Shown here in pieces: positions 28,691 through 38,706 of a stretch of DNA of 64,000 nt. Position 1 is the stretch's first letter. Each line of letters opens with the position of its first letter. Source of the DNA: Patescibacteria group bacterium (GTDB lineage: Bacteria; Patescibacteriota; Patescibacteriia; UBA2591; JAQUPP01); assembly GCA_028716665.1 (NCBI GenBank), contig JAQUPP010000001.1:349046-413045 (forward strand), given 5' to 3'. Made by a program: the position numbers and the translations under genes. The notes beneath the pieces were generated by a model. It saw only the letters and a program-made list of their open reading frames with translations, ran no database searches and was not told where the DNA came from.

Positions 28691-31600
28691 ATTTTTATTA
28701 AAAATAACAATAATTCCAGAAATATAAATACCAGACCGATATTAAGACAGAGCACCACCATGTCATGCCAGTGCGGTTTGTTTTTAATAAATTCGCGAAC
28801 AAAAAATTTAGATTTATATTTAGCCCATTTTTCGCATGCCTCCAAGAAAATTTTTTCACCGGTGATATCATATAACTCTTTCATAAGTTCCGAATGCAGG
28901 AGATGATATGATTTGGTGGCCATTACGCCCAGTTTATCGTAATAAGTCCACCAGCCAGTATCAAAATCCCAAACATGCTGTTTAAGGTTTATTACTCCTT
29001 TCTCAAGAAGTTCTTTTGCTTTTATATCTTTTGTATTTTTGTAGTATTCATTAACACCGATTAAAGCGTAAATCATACCATTCAAAACCAAACTTTTTTT
29101 GGCGCCTTCACCAACATATTCTTCGTACCACCATCCGCCATCTTCGTCTTTATAGGTTACTCCTCCATCTTTTACTTCCACAAAAAGAGCGTTTAAGGCT
29201 AGTTTTGCGGCTTCCAAATATTTTTCTTCGCCCGTAATTTTATAAACCCTACTGAGAAATTGCAGTCCCACTCCTTGGGCTAGCGCCGAGATCCACGGAG
29301 GAGTTAGATTATATGTCCACGGATAATAATATTCCCAAACCCCAAAAATCAATCCTTTAAAATTTCTCATTTTTAAATTATCCACCAACCAATCAGCGCA
29401 ATTTTTAAAATATTTAAAATATTTTTCTTCTTTCTTTTTTTGCCACTTATCATAATAATCAAATCCGGCCATAGTTACGGTCACGGGGTTATAATATTTT
29501 CCACCTGATCTGCGGATAATAGCTATCGGAATGCCCCTGTCATCGCTTTCCACGTCTCCTTTAAAACCAAAGCCCAAGACGAGATTCATAAGCATCTCGG
29601 CCGGTTTATAAAATAAATCCGCTGTAAAATTTGAAAGAATTATTCCTCCCAGAATGGCCAAAATAAGTAAAATTAATTGGAAGCAGAGAAAATCTTTTTT
29701 TAAAAACCATGGTTTTTTTTCAATTTCAAATTTTACTGAATCAGGAATTGATATTTGGTCTCCGGGTCCTGCCACAACCATAGTATATGTCTGATAACCT
29801 TTTTCATCGGTCGGAAAATCAGAAAGTTCTAATTTTTTAGAATCTGCCCGTTCAAGGGTAAACCAGCCCTTGTCTATGGTTTTTAGCCATCCTTGTGCTT
29901 CAAAACGGCTGTTAAGAACAGTTGTACCGGGTTGAGCAAAATAGGAAGGCATTTGAGAAATTATTTTATTATCAGAAGGTACAACTTCTTCTACTAAACC
30001 CCTGGCTATTTTTAAATCTTCATTGCCAATGGAGAGGTGAGCACTATCAATAATTTTTTCAACGGCTAAGCTGTCTCCGCGTCCATTGGATTCTAAAATT
30101 AAAACTTGTCCTTTTTGCAAAGATTGATTAAGAATCGGATCAGCTAATTCTATAATTCCTTTTTCGTAATCCACTGATGCAATTTTTGTTTTTTGAATGC
30201 CATTACCTTCTAATGAAAAATTGCCGAAAGAAAGACCCTTCCCGTTTAAAAGTGTGGCTTTTTGGATTTGGCCTTTGGAGTTTAAAATTAAAGAAGCTGT
30301 TTGTCCTTTTGCCTTAATTTTCCCGTCAATAATATATTCTTTATCCGGATTAAGAGAGTGAAAAAGATAATGGGTTTCTCCGATATTTAATTCAACTTTT
30401 ACGGCTATTGCCTCGTCGTCAACAGGGTTTACAGAAACAGCCGAAACATTCTTTACCCATGTTTTTTTATTATAAGACTCAAATAAAGAAACAAAAATAC
30501 TGTTTAAATTTTTTCCTTGTTCGCGTCTTATCAAAAATTTTACTGTTTCCGGCAAATCTTTTCTCGTCTGAGGTTTTCCGTCGCAGGCAATAATTTCTTC
30601 ATTATTATTGGTTAAGAAATGAGCCCTTAAACCAATATTTTTATCAGATCCGGTAAGCTGCCAGCCGCAAACCATATTATCTTTAGGTTTGGTTTTTTGA
30701 ACATTAAATAAAAATTGATAACCGCTTCCTTTATATGAAGTATAGTTTGCTTCTCCCCAAGGTTTATTTTTAAGTTCAGGATCGTCATAAAATTTACCAT
30801 ATGGTATGTCGGCTCCGGCCAGAGTTCCTTCTTTTTGAACAGGACCAAATGGAGTTTCACAAGAAAAATTAGCTTGAGTTCCGTGAATTATGTAATCGTG
30901 CTGTTCTCCTCCTTTTACATAAAAAATATCAAGAAGATAACTTTGACCGGGACTTGTTTCAACCAACATATTCACTCGGCGGTAAAGACTGACTTTTTCA
31001 GGGTATGCGTCTTCGCAAGAAACATCCGCTATTTTAATAAAGCTGCTGCTGTCAAAATTATGTAATTTGCAATTCGTGTTATATTCTTGCTTGGATGCAT
31101 TAACTACGACGGTATTGTGAGCCACGGAATTTGCAAAAAAACCAGGCCAACGTGGATCAGAGGCATCTAAGGTTTCGGGATAGCCAAAATCCGTTAAGAG
31201 ACCGTTTCCCTGAGAAAATAAAACCATGTTTAATTTGTCATAGTGATGATGGCCGTAATATGCTCCGTAAAATATGGAACTGGCCGTAGGATTTTTTTTA
31301 TCATTTATTTGAAGAGTAGCCAATCCATAACCGGGAAGATTTACTGATTGGGTGCATAAAGATTGAACGGGTTTTGCCTTTATGGATTTTAACACTTCTT
31401 CAATTGGTTTTTCAAAGAGGTCGCGAGGAATATTTTTTACAGAACCAAGAGCTTGGGCTAAGCGGGGATCTGGAAAATGTCTCAGAGCTGTGGCCAATAT
31501 TTCAGGTTGAGAATTCCATAAAGTATTAACAGCGAACATGTCTCCGGAATCTCCCATTGAAGGCATAAATTTTTCGGCCAAACAAACATTAAAATGCCAT

Positions 31601-32871
31601 GTTAAGAGTTTTTGAAATCTCGGATTTTCAAAAAGATTAATCCCTCTGTCCAAAAGAGCTTCTGCCACTTCAACTAAAGAAGCGGTCCATTCAGAATAAT
31701 TGTAAATGGGTGATTCAAACGGCACGCCATCGCGAGATACTATATTAATTAAGGCGTCTTCTACTCCCATATCAAGGAAAATTTTTACATTCTCTCTTTT
31801 CAACACCCAATCTATCATTTCTTGACTTGTCGGATGTTTTTCTTTTTCATCCAAAACCACGGCTAAACGAATTAATGCTTTCTGGTGGCTGCCGTAATTT
31901 CCATAAATACGATAAGAACCGTCGGTTATGGAACGAGCTATTTCTAAAAGTAATTTTTCTCTAATTTGACTATCTATTTTTGTTGGATTTTGTCCGGTTA
32001 ATTTTTCAAGCTCATTGTCTTTTTGAATAAAAGGATAAATAGCATCATAAGCCAGGGCGTATGTCTCGGCTGGCGGGGGAAACTTTTCGTCCGGTGAAAT
32101 TGATGAGACCTCCCAGGTATGATAAAAAAGTTTTCCTAAAAGTTCTTTATCTACTTCTTTTCCTTCTCGGGACTGTTCTTCATATCGATAATCGGGATAA
32201 TATTGAGATAATTGCCATAATAATAAGGCCGCCTTGTGAGCATATGTATTATTTTCCGTAATTAAAGCAGCCTGACTTAAATTCCAAATGGCCGGTAATA
32301 AAAATTTACGGGCGCTCCAATGGTTATAATAACCGACAAACCAATATTTCTTTCCTGTTTCCGGGTTTGTCCAGCCCCAGCCATCATCCGGATAATTGCC
32401 TGTTAATAAAGAACGGTCATTCATTCCTGATTTTAAAAACTCTGAGAAATTATTTGATGGATACTCTTCGCCGCCCACCGGGCATTTTATTTTTCCGGGA
32501 TTGTTGAAATCAATAATCCATTTATATGAACCCTCTTTATTAATTTCCAGACCGTGAACAGGGCAACCAAAATCACTGATTGTTATAGCTCGCGGTTCTG
32601 AGGGAAGGGGAACTAATGTTTTTAATTTTTCATCCGAAAATTGAGCCCAATAATCCGCTTCATTGACAATTTTATCTCGCATTTCTTTGGCCCACTCATA
32701 TGTTTTTATATTTTCTTTCAAAATAACCAATTTTTCTTCAGTGTAATACGTGCGCCCATCTTTTGCGAAAGTTATGGAAGGTATAAATAAAAAAATACAA
32801 AATAAAACAAAAATGGTTATAGGGGATAATTTTTCACAAATTTTTTTTATTTTAAAATCAAAATCGTTCAT
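28687..32871 (-). CDS. Large bimodular membrane protein. N-terminal signal/TM; an alginate-lyase/heparinase II/III-like domain (about aa 40-1050); an internal TM helix; a C-terminal D-glucuronyl C5-epimerase-like domain (about aa 1100-1394).
   Basis: Heparinase II/III-type block GHHHYDKLNMVLFSQGNGLLTDFGYPETL...ANSVAHNTVVV. TM helix FLCFQLILLILAILGGIILSNF. C-terminus PPWISALAQGVGLQFLSRVY...GGWWYEEY...LVLNGMIYALIGV, matching the GLCE motifs WYSAMAQG / WYEEY / VLNGFMYSLIGL as I recall them. Confidence 0.7.
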   Translation of the reverse strand: MNDFDFKIKKICEKLSPITIFVLFCIFLFIPSITFAKDGRTYYTEEKLVILKENIKTYEWAKEMRDKIVNEADYWAQFSDEKLKTLVPLPSEPRAITISDFGCPVHGLEINKEGSYKWIIDFNNPGKIKCPVGGEEYPSNNFSEFLKSGMNDRSLLTGNYPDDGWGWTNPETGKKYWFVGYYNHWSARKFLLPAIWNLSQAALITENNTYAHKAALLLWQLSQYYPDYRYEEQSREGKEVDKELLGKLFYHTWEVSSISPDEKFPPPAETYALAYDAIYPFIQKDNELEKLTGQNPTKIDSQIREKLLLEIARSITDGSYRIYGNYGSHQKALIRLAVVLDEKEKHPTSQEMIDWVLKRENVKIFLDMGVEDALINIVSRDGVPFESPIYNYSEWTASLVEVAEALLDRGINLFENPRFQKLLTWHFNVCLAEKFMPSMGDSGDMFAVNTLWNSQPEILATALRHFPDPRLAQALGSVKNIPRDLFEKPIEEVLKSIKAKPVQSLCTQSVNLPGYGLATLQINDKKNPTASSIFYGAYYGHHHYDKLNMVLFSQGNGLLTDFGYPETLDASDPRWPGFFANSVAHNTVVVNASKQEYNTNCKLHNFDSSSFIKIADVSCEDAYPEKVSLYRRVNMLVETSPGQSYLLDIFYVKGGEQHDYIIHGTQANFSCETPFGPVQKEGTLAGADIPYGKFYDDPELKNKPWGEANYTSYKGSGYQFLFNVQKTKPKDNMVCGWQLTGSDKNIGLRAHFLTNNNEEIIACDGKPQTRKDLPETVKFLIRREQGKNLNSIFVSLFESYNKKTWVKNVSAVSVNPVDDEAIAVKVELNIGETHYLFHSLNPDKEYIIDGKIKAKGQTASLILNSKGQIQKATLLNGKGLSFGNFSLEGNGIQKTKIASVDYEKGIIELADPILNQSLQKGQVLILESNGRGDSLAVEKIIDSAHLSIGNEDLKIARGLVEEVVPSDNKIISQMPSYFAQPGTTVLNSRFEAQGWLKTIDKGWFTLERADSKKLELSDFPTDEKGYQTYTMVVAGPGDQISIPDSVKFEIEKKPWFLKKDFLCFQLILLILAILGGIILSNFTADLFYKPAEMLMNLVLGFGFKGDVESDDRGIPIAIIRRSGGKYYNPVTVTMAGFDYYDKWQKKKEEKYFKYFKNCADWLVDNLKMRNFKGLIFGVWEYYYPWTYNLTPPWISALAQGVGLQFLSRVYKITGEEKYLEAAKLALNALFVEVKDGGVTYKDEDGGWWYEEYVGEGAKKSLVLNGMIYALIGVNEYYKNTKDIKAKELLEKGVINLKQHVWDFDTGWWTYYDKLGVMATKSYHLLHSELMKELYDITGEKIFLEACEKWAKYKSKFFVREFIKNKPHWHDMVVLCLNIGLVFIFLELLLFLIKI

Positions 32872-34229
32872 ATAATTTTTTCTTCTTGAGGCTCGCTTAA
32901 TTTTATAAGCAAACCGGAGGGCATAATCATTAGATAAAAGAGAGCGATATCTATCGGATCAGTAATAAATAGCCACACGAAACTCAGAAAAAGAGCAAAC
33001 AAAAGAATTCCTTTTCCAACGGCTCTTTTTGTAAATAAAATTTTGCGAGCAGTAAGTAAAAAATTCATCAATAAGAGCAAGAGTCCGGTCAGTCCGGTTC
33101 CGACATAAATTGCGGGAAATCCTATTTCGGACAAATAATTTGAAACCGATTTCGCTATATCCGGTCTGCCATATTCAATCCATAAATTAACGAAATAGGG
33201 ATGGGTTATGATGGCGGACTTTCTAAAACCATAGCCAAAAAAGAAATTTCCCCAATTTGAATTTTTCATAGCCTCAAAAGCTGCTTGAATATGAAATGTA
33301 CGGCTTACATCGCCCATATCAAAGGCCTCGGCGGGCGGTTTCCAGATAACATAAAAAGTTTTCCATAAAAGTTCGCCTAAACCTTTAAAAGTGTAGCTTG
33401 ATGGTGAAAGTATTGTGATAAATATAATTAAAACAAGCAGAAAAATAATGGAATACAGAAAGAATTTGCGAAAACCGATTATTGGCAAGGCCATAATTAA
33501 AAAACCGATAATACAAAGTTGAGTAAGTCGAGAATTATAATAAAAAGCGGAAAATAATATTACTATCAAAGTTATCCAGCCGATTCTTCGATAAAGAGAA
33601 CTCTTGTCTTTAATCAGAAAAAATATGGCAGGCAGGGCAATGAGCAGGGGAAATGCCGCATATGTAGTGCCTCCCCAAAAAAGATTTTGAATGGCCCATC
33701 TTCCTGTTTGCAACCAAAATAGTCCTTTTCCGGCAATACTATCATAGAATACACCAACTAAAATATATGCTGCAAAATATACCAAAGAACTGTTGGCGAT
33801 TATTAATGATAATTTTCTTTTTGAAAGCAAAAAGGGCGTTCTTGGAAGGCAAAACGCAAAAATACCCAACATACCGAAATAAACCATCCACCGGAATTTT
33901 CTTAAGCTCTCCATTTCCACCATTCCATAGAAACTTTGGAAAACCATATAAATAATCATTGAGAAGAAAAACAATTCATGAAGCTGATCCCAAATATCTT
34001 TTTTGTCTTTATGGAGATGAAATTTTTGGATTGAAATGGCCAGAAAAATTCCGATTAAAATACAACCCAGAAGATATTCGTCCGGCAGGCCGATTTTTTG
34101 AATAACTATACCGCTGGCTCCTATGGAAGCCATAATTAACAGAGGCCAAAAATAATTTGGTTTTAAAGCCGCGATTATTAAAAATACAAATCCGATTATT
34201 CCAATTAAACTTGTTAAAAACAAAACCAT
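32868..34229 (-). CDS. Wzy-type polymerase / O-antigen-ligase-like polytopic membrane protein.
   Basis: About 12 TM helices with a larger loop. It sits between the epimerase fusion and the glycosyltransferases, and has the general Wzy_C-like organisation. Confidence 0.55.
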   Translation of the reverse strand: MVLFLTSLIGIIGFVFLIIAALKPNYFWPLLIMASIGASGIVIQKIGLPDEYLLGCILIGIFLAISIQKFHLHKDKKDIWDQLHELFFFSMIIYMVFQSFYGMVEMESLRKFRWMVYFGMLGIFAFCLPRTPFLLSKRKLSLIIANSSLVYFAAYILVGVFYDSIAGKGLFWLQTGRWAIQNLFWGGTTYAAFPLLIALPAIFFLIKDKSSLYRRIGWITLIVILFSAFYYNSRLTQLCIIGFLIMALPIIGFRKFFLYSIIFLLVLIIFITILSPSSYTFKGLGELLWKTFYVIWKPPAEAFDMGDVSRTFHIQAAFEAMKNSNWGNFFFGYGFRKSAIITHPYFVNLWIEYGRPDIAKSVSNYLSEIGFPAIYVGTGLTGLLLLLMNFLLTARKILFTKRAVGKGILLFALFLSFVWLFITDPIDIALFYLMIMPSGLLIKLSEPQEEKII

Positions 34230-34269
34230 ATTAGATTAGAAATGACTTATGTTAAAATTAATTTTTTCG

Positions 34270-35445
34270 CTATTTAATCCAGATAATATTTTTTATTTTA
34301 GGTATTCCCCAAAACCAAACACCGGGAATTGGATGATTGAGAAGATATTTTTTAATTATATTTTTTGAACCGAAATTCACAGTAGGTTCCGGGGAAGTGT
34401 ATTGAGAAATCCGATAATCATCAATATAAAAATTTATCGTGCCCGAAGAAGTCGCGCTTATTGGTCCGAACGATCTCAGATTATCAGAGGTTGCAATTGG
34501 CGTTTGATCGTTATATTCAAGAGGAATATCTCCCAGATCATCTCCGTCCACATAAGTTTTTTGAACAGAGTTTTTAAAATCTAAAATCACTTCAGCTTCA
34601 TACCAAGTATTATAGGAATATTTTTTGTCATTGGGAAAGGCGATCGGACCGGCTGGTTGGCAGCGATGCCTGAATGAACCAAGCCCATCACCATTCGGTC
34701 CGCCAAAAAATAAATTGCATGAATAGTTTATGGTATTATCATGAGAATCATGGCTGGTAAAAACTATAAATCCCGCTGAGCACGATTCCACCGATCCATT
34801 ATCGGTTCTGGCCCAAGTTTGAATGCGAATATTTTGTTTTTGTCCGGTATAACCTGTGAGCATATACCCGCCCGGCTGATCCGCTTCAGTGGTAGTGCAT
34901 TTGCCTGAATGCAGTCCTTTTTTAACAATGGAATTTTCAATACTCCATTCATCGTCCGGCACGCCCCATCTACTGAAATTTTTTGATTCAAAATCGTCAA
35001 AAAAGATAAACGTTTTAGGTCCGCTACTCCTGCTTTTTGCTTTTAAATTTCCATAATACATATAGATTATTTTTTTTGAATATGCGGAAATATCAGGTAT
35101 TTCTACCCAAAAAGTCGCCAAAGTTGAATCAATCTTTGATTCTAACCAATAATCTATTAGTGAGGTTCCATCAGAATCAGTGAATCTGATGCCATCAAAA
35201 TCAGATTGCATGCCCAAATCATAAGCAACAGGAATTTTGATTTGGTAATTTATTAAATCAGAAGAATTATTAGTATTGTCAATTGTTATTGATTCTCTAT
35301 AGCGCCAATGACAAAAAATTTCAATTTGTATTATTATAATAATACAAATTAATACAAAGGCCAAAAGAAAAATTTTTAGAAGTATTTTTTTCAGCTTAAT
35401 TTTTGGTTTATCTTGTTGGGGCGAATATTTTTTACCGAATATCAT
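34270..35445 (-). CDS. Membrane-anchored DUF2341 + concanavalin-A-like lectin/glucanase-fold protein.
   Basis: N-terminal TM, then DFDGIRFTDSDGTSLIDYWLES...IIYMYYGN (DUF2341 signature). This is the same module as the two copies in the giant protein at 1-5688. Confidence 0.6.
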   Translation of the reverse strand: MIFGKKYSPQQDKPKIKLKKILLKIFLLAFVLICIIIIIQIEIFCHWRYRESITIDNTNNSSDLINYQIKIPVAYDLGMQSDFDGIRFTDSDGTSLIDYWLESKIDSTLATFWVEIPDISAYSKKIIYMYYGNLKAKSRSSGPKTFIFFDDFESKNFSRWGVPDDEWSIENSIVKKGLHSGKCTTTEADQPGGYMLTGYTGQKQNIRIQTWARTDNGSVESCSAGFIVFTSHDSHDNTINYSCNLFFGGPNGDGLGSFRHRCQPAGPIAFPNDKKYSYNTWYEAEVILDFKNSVQKTYVDGDDLGDIPLEYNDQTPIATSDNLRSFGPISATSSGTINFYIDDYRISQYTSPEPTVNFGSKNIIKKYLLNHPIPGVWFWGIPKIKNIIWIK

Positions 35446-35453
35446 AACATTTT

Positions 35454-36743
35454 TTATTTTTGAGGAGTTGCAATTATTGAATTTAAAATTTCAGCAAATT
35501 TTTTTGCCATTTCCTTATAATTATATTTATTGATTTTCTCTATATTTCCCTTAAAGTCAACTCTTCCTTTTTCTTCATATTCTGAATAAAATTGAAGAAG
35601 AACTTTTTTAATATCTTCAACCTCCGGACAATAAAATCCAGCATTTGTTTCAGAAAGCATTTCTTTTATTACCAGATCTTGCCCCGAGCCGCCAGTCGCG
35701 ATTATTGGTCTTCTGGCGGCCAAATAATCAAAAAATTTTCCCGAAAAAGCTCCTTTTTCTTTTTTATTTTCCCAGTTTAATTGAAGCAATAATTGAGATT
35801 CTGTTTGTTTCTTGACGCATTCATCCCAGGGAATCACTCCTTTTTGTTCCACCACTTTTGATAAATTTTGTTCTTTTATTTCTGTCTCTATCCAATCTCG
35901 TTGAGGACCGTAAAACCTCACTTTTGTTTTAGCCGGATCAATCAGTCCTTCAGAAATCAGGCGGCTTAAAGCCATAAAAAATTTCAGAGGGTCCCGTTCT
36001 CTGCCGTGCCAAAGAGCGGTATAGGTAATAGTAAATTCTTTTGTCAGATTTTGCGGCGGCTCATTTATTTTATCTGGATCATAACCGAAAACAACTGTTT
36101 GGACCTCTTTTTCTTTATGCAGCCTCTCAAGAACTTCAGCTTGAGGCCAGCAAGAAGTTGTTACAAAATCCGCCAATTTAATTGTTTTTTTCTCCAATCT
36201 TCTGTCAAAGAATTTTCTTACAGAATCATAACTGTAAGCATAGGTCTCTGACCAAAGATCCGGAAAATCTGCAATCCATGGAATTTTATATTCTTTTTTT
36301 AATTTTTTCGCGATAAGATGAGCCGGTATCGGCCAAACACTGATCATCGCATCTACCTTTTCATTTTTTAAAAAGTTTTTAGCCGCTTTAATGGCAACCG
36401 GTATCCAGCCCCTCTCAACATCCGGGTAGGCAATAACACCTTCAAAAAGTTTTATTATTTTGGTAGTAAGACTTTTTCTATCTCTGATTTTAGTGGGAAT
36501 TCCTATTTGTTCTTGAAGTCCTATGGTAGGATTCAAATGAAATTTTCTTTTCAAAGAAATTATAATATTAGAAGTTGGAGCTTCTATAACTCTAAATTTG
36601 AAATCTGGATTTTTCTGGAGGGGAGTGGTAAGGCAAATCGGTTCCCATCCAAATTCAGAGAGATATTTTGCAAGACCCAATATTCTTTTACTGCCTCCCG
36701 GCGCGTAAGGCCAAAAATGACCGACGATTAAAACTTTTTTCAT
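35454..36743 (-). CDS. GT-B fold glycosyltransferase (GT4-like).
   Basis: N-terminal KVLIVGHFWPYAPGGSKRILGLAKYL and a C-terminal donor-binding domain. The motifs are weaker than in the other GT4 genes. Confidence 0.5.
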   Translation of the reverse strand: MKKVLIVGHFWPYAPGGSKRILGLAKYLSEFGWEPICLTTPLQKNPDFKFRVIEAPTSNIIISLKRKFHLNPTIGLQEQIGIPTKIRDRKSLTTKIIKLFEGVIAYPDVERGWIPVAIKAAKNFLKNEKVDAMISVWPIPAHLIAKKLKKEYKIPWIADFPDLWSETYAYSYDSVRKFFDRRLEKKTIKLADFVTTSCWPQAEVLERLHKEKEVQTVVFGYDPDKINEPPQNLTKEFTITYTALWHGRERDPLKFFMALSRLISEGLIDPAKTKVRFYGPQRDWIETEIKEQNLSKVVEQKGVIPWDECVKKQTESQLLLQLNWENKKEKGAFSGKFFDYLAARRPIIATGGSGQDLVIKEMLSETNAGFYCPEVEDIKKVLLQFYSEYEEKGRVDFKGNIEKINKYNYKEMAKKFAEILNSIIATPQK

Positions 36744-36745
36744 AA

Positions 36746-37834
36746 TTATTTTATTATTAATTTTTTATAAATATTATTCATTTTTGACATTTCTTCGTAA
36801 TAATCATTTTCCTCTATAATTTTTTGTCTGGCGAGGATTCCAAATTCTTTTCTTTTATTTTCATCTTTTAATAAATTGATAATTTTTTCCGCTAAAATTT
36901 CAGGGTTTCTTATTGAAATCAAAAACCCATTTTTTCCTTCTTCTATCCATTTTTCATTTTCGCCGGTATTCGTAATGACTACCGGAAGCTGACAAGACAT
37001 TGCTTCAGCGGTAGAAGCTGAGATTCCGGCGTCAGACAAAGCCGTTGAGATATAAATATCGGATGTTTTTAAATACTTCGGCAATTCATTGTTTTGAATC
37101 GAGCCGACGAATCTAATGTTATTCAAAATTTTTAAATCTTTGGCCAAATTTTTTATTTTATTTTCTTCCGATCCTTCTCCGGCAATAATAAATTTAGTTT
37201 CGGAAAATTCTTTTAAAACCAGGGGTATTGCTTTAATTAAAGTTTCAATATCATAGATAGGCTTAAAGTTTCTTAAACTTATTATGATCGGGCAATTTTG
37301 AATTTTTAATTCACTGATTAAATTCTCATCCTTTGGTCCCGGACTGAATTTTTTAGTATCTATTCCAAAACATATCTTTATAATTTTAGAAGAATTTGCT
37401 CCTAATTTTATCATTGCTTCTCTAATATGCCAGGCGTCGCAAGTAATGAGGTCAGCCCGTTTTAAAGCTAATTTTATCAAAGGTTTTTTTAATTTTGATT
37501 TAGGCGCCAATAAAATATCAGATCCCCATGCCGTCAAAACAAGGGGATGAAAATTTATTAAAGCTCCTATTGCTCCGGCCATCCAAACTTGATGAATATG
37601 GAAAATATCCGGTTTTATTTTGTTTAAAATATTTTTAATTTCAAGGGTATAAATGAGCGGTCTTAATAGTTTTAGGGGACTTTTTCTAATTAGATAAAAT
37701 TTAATACCTTCAGGTATATCGTTGCTGCCGATTCCCAAGGATAACCAATAGACTTCATGACCTTGTTTGGCGAAGTATTCAATCCATTTTTTTGAATGAA
37801 TGGAGTCTGCTGTTGCCAAAAAACATATTTTCAT
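36746..37834 (-). CDS. Family 4 glycosyltransferase.
   Basis: STAEAMSCQLPVVITNTGENEKWIEEGKNGFL (E-X7-E region). Confidence 0.75.
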   Translation of the reverse strand: MKICFLATADSIHSKKWIEYFAKQGHEVYWLSLGIGSNDIPEGIKFYLIRKSPLKLLRPLIYTLEIKNILNKIKPDIFHIHQVWMAGAIGALINFHPLVLTAWGSDILLAPKSKLKKPLIKLALKRADLITCDAWHIREAMIKLGANSSKIIKICFGIDTKKFSPGPKDENLISELKIQNCPIIISLRNFKPIYDIETLIKAIPLVLKEFSETKFIIAGEGSEENKIKNLAKDLKILNNIRFVGSIQNNELPKYLKTSDIYISTALSDAGISASTAEAMSCQLPVVITNTGENEKWIEEGKNGFLISIRNPEILAEKIINLLKDENKRKEFGILARQKIIEENDYYEEMSKMNNIYKKLIIK

Positions 37835-37841
37835 ATTTTTA

Positions 37842-38699
37842 TTATATTTTCGATTTTATTTTTGAAACCAAATTTATAAATTTTGTTTTAATTAAGTTTA
37901 TGGGGATTTCATAAATATATTCGGTTTTAATCTCCCCCATAAAACTTTTTTTAAAGCGGCTTGAGCCGTCTTTTTCATCAAAACTGATTCCACCTAAATC
38001 CAATAATTGGAATCCCTTTTCCTTTAAAGAAAGCATTGTTTCCCAAATATTAATATGGCCCGGCGCATAATCTCCAAATTTTTTATCAAATGCCCCCAGC
38101 CAATACATTGGATATTCATCTAATAAAAAGAATGTTCCTCCAATAATTTTATTATCCTTTATTGATAAAAAAAGTCGGGATATTTTTTTATCTTTAAAAA
38201 GTTTTTTCACAAGCAGTAATTTTTGTCTTCCAAATCCCTTTATTTGAGTTGCCCTAGAATATACCCCCCACCATTGATTGAATTCTTTCTCTGTTTCTGC
38301 CAATTTTATTTCCACACCCATTTTTTCGCCCTTACGAATCATATTTCTCGTTTTTTTGCCGATTTTTTCCCAAAGCAATTCTTTATTACCCGTAAGATCT
38401 ATCACAGAAGTGAACAGTTTTTCTTTAAAAAAATTATTTAAATCCTCCAAAGGATTGATGCTGTAAATCAAAATTTTAGCCACTCCTAAATTTTTAGCCA
38501 AAGATTTTAATTCATTTATCCATTTTTCCTTGGACGGAGCACAATATAAATATAAGGTGGTATTGCCAATTAGCGGCCGAAAGGAAACAAAAAGCTGGAA
38601 ATCATCAAGAAAGTATAATTTTAGGTTGTTAAACCTTGCGTATATTTTGCCAAAGTCCTTATTCTGCCATATTTTAAATGTTCCTTGCCAAATATTCAT
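37842..38699 (-). CDS. FemAB-like / GNAT-fold (Acetyltransf_6-type) acyl- or aminoacyl-transferase.
   Basis: About 285 aa with a tandem GNAT-like organisation. The C-terminal block YWLGAFDKKFGDYAPGHINIWETMLSLKEKGFQLLDLGG resembles FemX/FemAB-family proteins. Confidence 0.5.
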   Translation of the reverse strand: MNIWQGTFKIWQNKDFGKIYARFNNLKLYFLDDFQLFVSFRPLIGNTTLYLYCAPSKEKWINELKSLAKNLGVAKILIYSINPLEDLNNFFKEKLFTSVIDLTGNKELLWEKIGKKTRNMIRKGEKMGVEIKLAETEKEFNQWWGVYSRATQIKGFGRQKLLLVKKLFKDKKISRLFLSIKDNKIIGGTFFLLDEYPMYWLGAFDKKFGDYAPGHINIWETMLSLKEKGFQLLDLGGISFDEKDGSSRFKKSFMGEIKTEYIYEIPINLIKTKFINLVSKIKSKI

Positions 38700-38706
38700 T
38701 TTATAT

